Origin: Ascidiella aspersa | Lineage: Eukaryota | Reading direction: 5' to 3' | Assembly: GCA_963924565.1 (NCBI GenBank) | Contig: OZ004608.1 | Coordinates: forward strand, 25,358,001-25,422,000 | DNA length: 64,000 nt | Shown: piece by piece, positions 12,001 through 24,000 of the stretch | Position numbering within the stretch: position 1 is the stretch's first letter | How the letters are laid out: the number at the start of each line of letters is the position of its first letter | Program-made: the position numbers and the translations under genes | The notes under the pieces: model-generated | The model's input: only the letters and a program-made list of their open reading frames with translations | Told to the model about the DNA's origin: nothing | Database searches by the model: none

Positions 12001-15000
12001 ATGTACATCTAACCGGCATACTTTTATACAGTAAAAAAATTATTTGTATTTTACAGATGAAACCAGGTATAGTTGGATTTTCACATTAAGCATCAAACCG
12101 TTTGTTAAACTTTGGTTTTATTTGAAAATGATTATAAATCCTTTTTGAAAGGACTGTTCGATTTCTATATCGATCAAGGTACGTAATGTACTAATACGGC
12201 AAAACAATTAAGCAAAATAAAAGAAACGACTTTCATGGTATGACAATATACAATAGTATAGAAGCCTACGTGCTACATCGCACACACAATGTTACTAATA
12301 GGGAGTACAGACCGCACATACAACAAGGCCGATAAAACCCACGATACGAGTGTTTGTTTAACTATTGCGAACCTATTACGTAAGTGGAAATTTGGTGCCG
12401 CTCTTTTGGTGCCGAAATCACACCGCAACTAAGAATTAGACCTTGTGTATTGGGTACATGTCACCACGCCATGTTAACTACCACTTTGACCACGGTATGG
12501 CTTGGGGAAGTAGGAAAGGTTTTCGAGTTTTTTCTGGGTATACGCCCCCGGCATAACCGTGAAGAGGCACTTTGGTTGCTCCTTTCTCTTTTTTAAGTGT
12601 CGGCAGCTGGAACTGTCTCGACAGCGACGTCGGCGAAAAACAAAAAGGCACGGACGTCAAGGTAATTGCAAGGCGCTCGCAATAAACCTGACACTTGCCG
12701 TGGCCAGACTTTTCCGTTGTTTTTAGGTCGACAACTACGCAGGCTTATCGGAGTCACGATCGGAAGGTTCTTGGTAAAATGTGTGCACAGCTTCCAAACA
12801 GCCACCTAAGCGGCAAGGCACGTTCTCTTATCTTACTGTTTGATTGTCGTTCAGGCAACAGTTTGCATCTTTCTTCTTGAATATGGAAGAAGATTTTTTC
12901 ATTTGCACAATTCTTATAAACATATTAAAAAGCCAAGAAACAATATCGAAATGCCCGTTGGAAAAATTTAGCAAATTTTACCGAATTTACAACGAGAAAG
13001 ACTTGTGTTTAAATAAGGTCGTAAAGCGCGACTTTAAACAACAAATGATACTATATTATTATCGTATCATTGCTTAAACTAACTGACGCAAGACCCAAGC
13101 TAACTATATGTACCCCGGTATATATGTATTTAGTACGTCAAAGTCACCGGCGCCAAGCGAAAGTGATGGCTTAATAAAAAGACAAAGTGATAACTGAAAC
13201 GAAATACGTCAATGTCAACGGTTAGGTGTAGTGTGGGGCAACCATGCAGACAGACGGTTTTATTAAATGATCACGACATTGACGCTGCAAGTTTGTGAGC
13301 GCGTATAAGTAGCAACATCATCTGCAAACCGTACTTTGAGCCTTAACGCCAAACAAAAGTAGGACCTTCACCCCATACAGCTCTGCACAACACGGTAAGC
13401 GATAAGCTAACGCCAGCTTCGGGACTGAAGTGAGCCGTCGCGATCGCTCAGTCACGTACGACTGCAAGCTTGTTTGGATACGACACACAAGGAAGCACAT
13501 CGGGAAGCATAAGGCGGGGTCATGGGTGCAAAAGCTTAAGCAAAGTCGCTGGGGACCAGCTCGCTCGGGCATCGATCTGCTCGCTAAATGGCTGCGCTCG
13601 GGTCGCGGGAGAACAGATCGAAGAAACCCTGCGCCCGCGGCCCGGCGTGTCATTTGCCGAGAGCCGATTTGTCAGAAAATCGCATTAGTTCGACCGTCCG
13701 TTCAATCGAACCTAGTTGGTTGGTTGGCTGGCTGCTGGCAGACGGACTTTACACAGAAGAAGATTTATAACGAAAATATAACACAATGAAGCCGGTTTAA
13801 ACGTTTATAATAGAAACTTCAACAACGTTTGGCAACCATGAAATCACAGTTTTCTACAAAGTATTTAAACTCGTCAGAATATACTTGGCTTTTACGCTTA
13901 AAGTTGCGTTCCTAACTGTGTTGTCTTTATTATAGTTTTATAGTAAGTGTCGTCCAAAAACATACGTGGTCAACTTACTGTAGTAATGCGCACAATACAA
14001 CAGCTAAATATAAACAATTATACCACGTAAGAGCCGTGTGAGTAATGTACCAACTTGCAAATTTATCATTTGGTATGCGAAGTAAGTTATTTCAACAGTC
14101 AGAACCATACCATGCATCCTCCGGGCGTATTTAGCGTTCCCAAGATAAGAGCGATGTGGTGCGGCGGTAATGCACCGTAGATGGTAGGGCTGCGGGCAAA
14201 AGTCAAATCCCAGGGCTTACCGCCGCACCGCGAAATGGGTTTGGCTGGGCCGGTAATGAACGTCGCCCAACAGAGGTGGGGCAAATCGCGTGCAACCCCC
14301 TTTTGCCCGTTTGGTTGCGTTGGGCTGGTTTGGCAGTTGGAGCGCAATTTGTCGTTGGGCCATTATAATTATTTTTGATCACGGTTTAGCTTTGAAGAAA
14401 ACTTTTAAGAAGACATTGCTGTGTGTATGTTGTATTAAGTTTAATGAAATTTTTAAATTAGGGCGCAACTAGTAAGGTTGGTGTTGTTACACTGTTATAA
14501 GGTTTTCATAAATAAATAAAAAATTGTTCACAAATATATGATAGTAATAGTTTTAATTTTGTGAACATTTGAATACTATGGCGTGCCATATTATACCACA
14601 TCATTTGTTAAAAAAAGTAAATATTTAATTACGTGCAAGAACGTAGGCTACTGCCATTTGTTTAGGGGGCTATCTAACTGACAGATTGTAACGTTGAAAA
14701 TACTCAGCCGCTTCGAAAACTTGCGTTAATTACACCCAACACACGGCGCATCTAAAGTGAAGGCTAAATTATGGTGGGTACCCAATTAGGGGCGAACACA
14801 AAACATTGGGTTACTCCCGTCAGGTGCCCATATATAGCCCCACCTTCGTGCATTGCTTCAACCCGGGGGGATTGACCCGCGCGTTTACAGTCAACAGTCG
14901 GCCTATGGCGCATGTGGTAAATATGGGGAAAAGATACTTATGTTAAGCTAAGAAGGATTGATTTTTTTTTCAGTCGGCCTGAACTGAAAAGCGCGATACT

Positions 15001-18000
15001 TGCGTTGCACTAGCATTTAAAATTTACAGTTGAATGTGATCTTTCGTTAAAATAATTATGAATATCGCAAGAAAAGATCTTGATATGCTGGTTTCAGCTG
15101 AATTTATCTTGCAAAAGGCAGAACAACTAAACCCTCAAAATCAACTGCACTCCATTATGGAACTGAAGACGTGGTTTTAAGCGATATACATTTTCCTTTT
15201 TAACCAAAAAGCAGATTCTACCCTGGTCTCATTTTACAATGTGCAAATCTCTCGGCTTTTAGTAGAAAAATAGGAGATCCTATATGTTTTCTTTGTTTTT
15301 TAACTGGTCTGTTTATCTAATTGGTAATAACATGTCTGTTTTTATTTAAGTAATTAACATATTGGGATCGACGTATAAAGGAAAAAGTGCGATGCCAGCA
15401 TAGTAAGCAAATTTTTTTTGCACAGTGGTTTATTGTTAGCCATAAGTATCGCAGTTACTAATACGCACACCATCGGAACAAAATGTCAAAGTCAAACTGG
15501 AAGTGGTTTACATAGGCGCTCTACATGCCTAATTAAAAGCTCAAAGTACAAATTCGATCTTAAGAAAATGCCTTCCGCCTTGTGGGGTGCCGCAGACGCC
15601 GAGACTATGTTTGTGTGCAAAGCGGCTGCTGGCCGTTGCTATGCACGCGAGAAACTGGGGAGGGGACCACCATGTGGGCACGAAACGCGACCAGCAAGGG
15701 GGCAACACAAGGTCCGAGTAGTAATTGGCTTGTAACGAACGGAGACGGTTTCCTTTCGTGCTAAAAGCAGCATCAGTTTTAAATCGGCAGAGAGAACGCG
15801 GCTGATCGCATAGCAGGAGATAGCTGAAACTGGTTATCGCGGTGTCGTACTCGGGTGGATTTCGTGTCTAGTTTGTCGACATGCTTTGCGCAAATAACGA
15901 AAAGGCGTTGTCCCAACCGTTGCTAAAAATTAGCGAGGGAATTCATTTTTTTCGTTAACCACGAACACCGTAATAACGTTTTATAATAGATTTCGGGCGC
16001 ATATATACATATTTGTTATATAACAGTGTTTCATTGCGCACTAGTGTGCTATTTACAAGTCAACATGACTATGCCCATAGCGAGCAATTATGAGTATATA
16101 ACAGCTGGAAAATTTTAGAAAAACGTAATCGTAGGGAGCGGAAAATCTTAGCTGGGTCGCTGAGTCAACCATTAACGGCGTATATGACAGATGGGACTTC
16201 CAAAAACTGCCGTGTCTACCACAGCGTCTCCCTGAACGAGGCAAACTTTTGACCTGGCGCAGCACCGACCGTTGGATCTTCATGCAGCACTAAACACGGC
16301 GGGAATGGCAGCTGACGAAAGCGGTTCACGACCCCGTCGGTGGTCGGAGAGGATTAATTGCGAGACGCATCAACGCCGCTCGTGTGCAAACCTTAGGGGA
16401 TATCAAGGCGGTAAATCTTGCCAGGAATCGCCGGGCGCCGAATGACGAATGCTATAGAGTGCAACAAACGCCCGAATTCATCCTCAGCGTTGTAAGACTG
16501 CGGACCACCCATTGGACTGGTGTTTTGTTGGCGAAGTTAATGCGTCTCATAAGTTAGTCGTTCCGTGATTGAGATTATCACCGGGGCCGATGCGTGGGAA
16601 CAGGATGCGGCGTGATGCGGGAAGATTTAAGGGGGCAAACGGGGGTCGGTGGCAAAATCGTTTGGGTGAAATGTTATGACAAGCTCTTAAAACAATCCGT
16701 GATGGGATGGTTTGAAATGCTCGAAGGCAATGCGCATTACGTCAACGCGTCGATAACATTGCTTAACGAATCAACTGACCATTAAAACTTTGATGATCAT
16801 GCCGGCTGATTTAATTAGTTAAGCTCCAAATTACAGAGCACAATTTACATTTTGATTTTTTATAAAGTGTTTCCGCATCAAACAGAACTTTAAATTTCGT
16901 TTGACAACCCAAAAAAGCGGCTGTACTGAAATGCAAGTCATTTTGAGTCAGCTAGTCAATATGCAATAACGAAAAGTTAAAATTTGCCAAAAATAACCAA
17001 TCCGTCTTCCTATCTGTCGGCGACGCCATAAGTTAAAAGACGACAGCTGCATAAACACGTGTCCAGGCGATCGTCCGGTGCACGTTTGGCTCGCCGCACC
17101 AATCCCAAAAGAATTGAATCTAGTGAACTCGATTAAAATTTGACAATTAAAGGGGAGTTGATGGGTCGCGAGGTCAGAAACCCGACACTGATTTGGCAAA
17201 ATAGAAGAGAAGCGAATGATGAAAAAGGAGAACTTTTAAAGTGAAGATATGTGTTCCGCCCCTCGACTTTTGATTCAATATTGGATTATAAAACGGCACA
17301 CAAATGCAATGAAACGCGCTGGTTCAAAAAGTTCATCCAAGCCTAGTTTACCTGACTATAAACCTAAGGTATTCGTATATTGTTAATTAGAAATTGTGCT
17401 CTAAATATAAGGTCACGGCGACCAATAGCTTTTAACGTGTAGTTGACACACAGCGCGGTGTGAAATTCGCCAGCGGAAACCGCTGTGTTGTTGCCGCGAG
17501 ACCGATGCGCATCGCGCGGGGGAGGGTTACAAATAGTGACGTAAATTCCGGGTAGAGACGAAAAGCGCCGCGGGACCAGCTCGTTCTCGCCTTTCGTAGA
17601 AAACGCGATTTCGCGCAAGATCGCCCGACCGAGCACTTGACCCTAGGTAAACCCGCGCGGCTTCTCACGACACGCCGTATCTTGCTGGAGGTTACTTGGT
17701 GTCATTGCTGTTTTTTATACAGGGAAATCTAGCTCACGAGAGACACTTTTTTCGGCAATTTGCTAGTAATTTATCTTATAGCCAAACCATGACAATTATG
17801 CACTTTTTTATCGCGCTCTTACTAATCTATTTTTCGTCATGTGCCCTTAAATTTTATAATTTCATTTTTTAACAATGTATTTTTAAAACAATCTTCCCGC
17901 TTGAAAGATCAATAATTTAAAAACTAACACTTCAAATTGCTACATTTTTGAATAATTATTTTGGACCTATAGATGTATAACTGCATACTAAACTGTTGGA

Positions 18001-21000
18001 TTCCGGCGCAGTTGTTTGACAAACTAAAATCACACATTATTTAAACCTACATGTGCGCCTCGCCCATTTGTTAGGTAGCTTTCCTATTCACACTAAAAAA
18101 AGGTTAGAACTCTAATTTGTACTACCGTCATGCTGGAGGGCTGTGTGGCCTCCCTTCGTGTATATGGGAAGATGGTCCTTATACCAGGTGATAGTGGCCG
18201 GTGGATTTGCCTCCACGCCGCACTGAAGGGTGATGTCGCGAGTCAGTTCCACTGTGTCCACGGTCGGGTTGATCGCAATATGGGGAAATCCACGCGGCTT
18301 TGAATTTTCTGCAAGAAAAAAAAAATATAAACAAGACGCAATTTCGCACATGCACAGCCAATCGGGTAAATGCTTGCTAACAAATACTTTCGGGTTTATG
18401 CTTTTTCCTATCAACGTTGCTTGGAGTTTGGTTTCTCATCGAGGGATGTCAATCCCGGGTAAATGTGCGGCCATCTTAAAAGTGTATAACTAACATAGAG
18501 CGATATTACTCTGCCCGGTGCTACGACACGATTATCTGTTTACATAGGTCAGAGGCTTAGAGCGAAACCCGACGATAACAAGCAGCGTGTCAACGGATCG
18601 CGGCCCAGTTTTAGAGACTTAAAAAAATAACTTCGCAGGCTGTACGACGACGGACGAGCAAACTAAATCCCGCGGGGGGTGGTGGAATACTGACAAATCC
18701 CATTTGCGCAGCGTTCTGTCCGCGCCAGGAACCGGTTCCCCTGGGCGCGATAATTTGAAGAAGTTTTACGCTGCGCACGAGCCAAATTGATTAAGGGACA
18801 TTTTGCAGGCAGTTAATGCGAACGACCTGCGACTTGGATGCGCTTGGCCATTGGCTAGTGACAGATATGAGTGCTGGGTGTATTTTGAGATCTGCAAATG
18901 GTTGTTATGACGTTTTGGGAGACATAGGCGTGCATTATTTATGAATTTGTTAGTTATAGTACATTTTCAATAATTATAACACGACACCGTATTTGAATCT
19001 TTGTTATTCACGCAATTACTCAGCATTCAATGTTCAGCGTTGAAACTCCATATTGCAGCACATGCGTTCTACAACGCTCAACGTTAAACATTAAACAAGA
19101 AACGCAAAGCAGTCGCGTAAATCCACTACGGTTGTATTTCACAGTAAGTTAAAACAGATTTCCTATAATTCCATGCGAAACCCGACACCAGAACCAACCA
19201 AATCCTTTTTGCAAACAACGTTTAGAAGGCCGATTGAAGAAGTCGACCGGTCAGCTATTGTTTGGCGCGTCTAGCCATAAATCCTATGGCAAGATAGAGG
19301 CGGTGGGGAGGCGTACTGCAATACGATACAGGGACAAACTTTAGTTGGATGCTTTTGGTGCGAAGCGATTCAATTGCGGTCAAAGGTGGGTAAAGCGGGA
19401 TTACGAGATCAGCAAACCGATTGTTCACATTTATACTTTCGGGATAACGCATAACGTGAAGTAAATTGGATTTCGATCTGTTTTTTTATTAGTTTATTTA
19501 CTCAACTTTAAATACTTTGTCATCGTGACTCAACGGACACGGCGTGATTTTGTTTTCGTTAGCTTTGTGCGCCGAGAAACGCATGGGGCGGCGTCCGACA
19601 TGGGAGAGTGGCAGTTGCGTATAGCGAGCACGGAGCGAGCAAGTCGAACGTCGGGTCGCGGATGCCAGTCAGAACGCAAAGAGCATGACACGCGGCAGCG
19701 GCCCGAAAAATCGCGAGCGCCTTTGACACACGGCAAGGTTCAGCTGGCGGACTTGACACAGGGGTCGTTTGATGTGCTACTGCCGACCATCTTTGGAGAT
19801 ATTTTCCCAGGGTTTGCAACTGCAAGCATATATTAACGGCGTCCGGGGTCGGATACCTTGGCCGCCGTAAGGTGACACCTTCTCGGCCTGTCAGCCGGTA
19901 ATTATTGCAATTGCGAACGAGGGAAAATCGCGGTGTTGCCACCCACGCGTTACTACTGGGTACTGGGCAGCAGCTTTCCGGTAGGATGTTAAGGAAGTAA
20001 CTGCTTCTGCATGCAAGAATCGGTTTCCGATAGACACAACGGGGCAACAACCTGTGGCAATGGCCACCCACGAGCGTCACATATTTTTAATGAGCTTGCC
20101 ATTTTTTTGAAGAGTAATAGGAAGTAAAGCCCTCGAAACCAGGGGGTTGACTAAACGCAAAGTCAATTTCGCTAGAGGCGGAAGACGCCAGATCTACTTC
20201 CAACGGACGGTCGAGTTGGCTGTTGTAAGTCGGTACGATCACTTGCATGTAATTTGTGCAATACGTGACAGATATACACTTGAACATGCGGTTCCAGCCG
20301 TAAAAAACGCGACAACGAGATGTCAGACGTTGCAACATAAAAAATGTCCCTTTTATTGTCAACGTTTGTCAAGTCTTGAGGTGGTTCATTGACGATTACA
20401 TCTCGAATTTAGAAAAACGCGATTGATGGTCAACTTCAGAAGCCATATAAAGCGTAGGCGTACCTCGAACTGTAATCCAGCAACCTATATCGAGAGCTGT
20501 CAATCCCGCATGAAATGCTATGAAAATCGCACCGATTTTGGCACCAAAAATAGCCATAGTCGTCAAAAGGGATAAAGATCACGCCAAATCCATATTTTCA
20601 TTGAAATTACCCTGTCAAGCAATAAAGGCCACGCAAGACCGACAGTATATCGCGAAAATTCGAAAAGTCGCTGACACACGCAGCATTGGGCGTCACGTGA
20701 CAAGGGGATGGCCAATCGGCAGCGTTGGACGATTTGGCGAAAGACGACAGTTCAACTGATCGACACATGGAAGCGAGGTGGTCGTGTCGCGGAGTAAGGT
20801 GGGTGGTAACAGTTGGGGCTACGAAAATAGCGCCTGCGGTGAAAGGGGGTGTTGACGGTTGGCGTTGGCATGGCGACGTGACAAAACGCGGACCCAAATA
20901 TTTGCCAAGTTCAAAGTTCCCTTCCTGTGTTGCCGCCTGAGGTTATTATTAAACGGTTCGACAGACGTAGAACACAGTGCTCAAATCTTTTGGGGAGAAA

Positions 21001-24000
21001 TGTGGCATTTTAAAAGAGTTATTTTCAAACAAAAGTGATTTATGCGTGTTTTACGAGTTGCCAAAAGATTTTGCACGGAACGGGTGTGGCTCATTTCGTC
21101 ACGGGTATCGATAACGTTGCAGCTGTGTGTAAAAAAATGTTATAGAACAGTGGTTCTTAACCTTTTTAGCTTACGGACCGGTGAAATTTCAAAACAAATT
21201 TTGCGGACCGGTGGACCTTTAAAAATCAAAATCAACCCAAAATGTAATTACGACAAAAGTATGCACCTTAAAAGCAAAGACTGGAAACTTCAATTAAATT
21301 AGCAAATCTGCTGTCTTTCTTATATCATACGTGGTATACGAAAGTTTTTCACACACAACTATAAGACTTCAACGACGTGTAGCCTACTTATATACAGTTG
21401 GGCACAACACTGGGCATTGTAACCTAAAGTTCAGCCCAAAGTAGACAATTAACTTTATGTTACGCCACAATACTGCAAATTACGGAACTGGCGAAGTTCT
21501 TAATTTGGTGAACAAGCTTTTAACATCTTGCATTTTGCAATTGAGATATAAAATTGTAATATATTTGGCGGACCGGCACCGGTCCGCGGACCGGCGGTTG
21601 AGAACCACTGTTATAGAAGACCCACAGAGTTTTGGCATCTCGGGCAAGATTAGGTACATTTCAAAATGCTTCATTGTAGAGCAAAGTTTGCATTTGAGTA
21701 ATATCTATGACATTATCCGGTTCATCACTTTGTTATCAATGTAAAACAACATTGTTTTTCGGCGAACATTTGCAGTACGAAATGACACGAAGATAATTCC
21801 GACCAACAATGTTAATGTGGAATATCTCAAACCAAACAGGTTCACTAAAAAAAAAAAATGCGAATCGTACTTGGCTTCATTCTGTCGGCTTCATATTGGC
21901 TGCCAGCGTGGCAATAGGCAGAACCTGCCATTTTCTCCACGTTTAAACCGCATTGGCTGCTTGTTGTCTTGTTTGCAATCGCTTTGACTACCGACAGACC
22001 ACAAAGCCGTGTTTTTGGCCAACAGCTTATCTCAGGAATTACACGGGATTTATCCACGACGCCATAATGCATTACAACATCGGCGCACACAGGCCAGATG
22101 ACTTTCCGCGCATCGAGACCACGAAATAACGACGTCATCGAAAAACGTTATTTTTGCGACAAAAGGCCGCGGCATCTGCGGTGCTAATCAAAACAGGATC
22201 TTCGCTTTTGGTCCCTTTCAAATTCGAGATCAGTTTGTTTTCTCGTGCTGCCTTGCTCTCTGAAGTCCAACGCTGGAAGAATACCAAAGTCGTGATTGTT
22301 GACGCGGGTTTACGTTGTCAGTTGCCCCGCCAACGATGGTTTTGCGGCTCGTATTTTTAGGACTAAGTGACGTGGATCAAAGCGTACACCGCGCGATTAT
22401 GCTGGATATTCTTTGGAGGAATCTTAGTTTTATGATTAATCGTCATATTTGTTTGCCGGGTTCAAGATTTCTATTTAAAAAAAAACTCGCTATAACGGGT
22501 TTAAAAGCTCAGCTCAGCATAGCGCTTCAACCGGATTTGAACAAGCACACACAATTGGCTATATTTGCGGAATGGATAAAAAGAGCAATTTCTTTTTCGG
22601 CGGTGAATAGTTCTATTTAATCGAATTGAAAATTCGCCATGTCATCTCAGCCAATGTGGGAAAGTATGTTAAAAAATCTAGCCTTCCGCTATTCATGTGT
22701 CTATACCCCAGCGTCGTGTGATTCAGATCGAATTAAATTTAAAACAAAGGCAAGCGGCGAGCGAAATTGGCAAATACGTCCGCTCCCAGGCATATAGCCT
22801 TTCAACTTTTCCAAAACAACACGTACAGCGACGAGCACACGGGACCAACGCTTTAATACACAAAAGGCAAGTTCCGAGGGTCGAAAAGTTGCACAACAGA
22901 AGGGTTGGGAAAATAGGAAGATTGTTTTTTTCACGCGCAACAAAATTAGCCGTAAAATGCTCTGTGAATAAATGAACAGCTATTTCTGCATTGATGTCAT
23001 ATATAGCCAGTACAAATTACTACAGTCACACAGCGGATTTAATTAATAGGTATAAGTCATTTTTCAGACTTGCTCGCGCGAAGTGCTTGGCCGAAAGAGA
23101 CTGGCCGATGGGCATTGCGTAACACCAAACTGTGGCACTAGAATATATTACTGAATTTAATTGTGACCGTCGTCGAGGTAATTTAAGTCTCAGACCATTA
23201 TAGCATTCGACTGTGAGCGACTGTCAGGAATTGTCACATGATTCCGATTTAACACCAAAACGTGAAATTATGCAAAACGAATTTCAGAAATTTGCCCAAA
23301 ATCTGGGTGGGGAGGAGAAGAAGACATCAATGGTATTTTAGAATATAAATGGCTTAAAGGCACATTTAGCATTGCTTGGTACATTGGGTAGCTTGAAGAA
23401 CAATGCTACAATTCCTGGATTATCGGGTTGTGTCTGAGAAAATTTCCACCGAGGTAAGACAAAAGAGTTCGCACAGAGCATTTTAGCCGACTGCCTTCCA
23501 GACAAATGTAACACGGCACTGGCCAAATTTGGTAAAGGATCAAGGCGCCTTTCTGCAGGCGGAATACCTGGCTTATCGGTGACCAGATCGGGGCGCGACT
23601 TGGCGGGCTTAAAGATCAGTATCTTGACTAGTCGAGCCAGGCAGTGGCATCGCGACAGGTAGCTCGCCTTAAACGTATAAGTCCCGTAGATCAATCTGGG
23701 CGGGTGTGGGTCAAACGTGCAACGCCGACTCTGGATACACAATGAGTGGGGCAAGCATTTGCGCAAACACACCCAGCCACGTCATCAGCTTTTAATAGAA
23801 AACTAAAGAAGGTGACAGGGAATCTAGGTTGGGCAAGACAGAAAACGAAAGTAGAAGATTATGCTTCTAATGTTAGGCACAATGATGAAATATTTAGGTG
23901 AATCATTTGTGGTATTAAAATGGCTGCATTTCAGCAGTATATATTATGTAATAGAGCTGCCATAATCATTCCTTAATTCCGCGAATTTGCTTAGCGGCCG

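Noticed and set aside
12380-12460. [12 protein letters not shown] resembling the Ig2 B-strand (duplicated exon?)
   Set aside because: In-frame stop immediately upstream, no Trp motif, no good acceptor; likely chance
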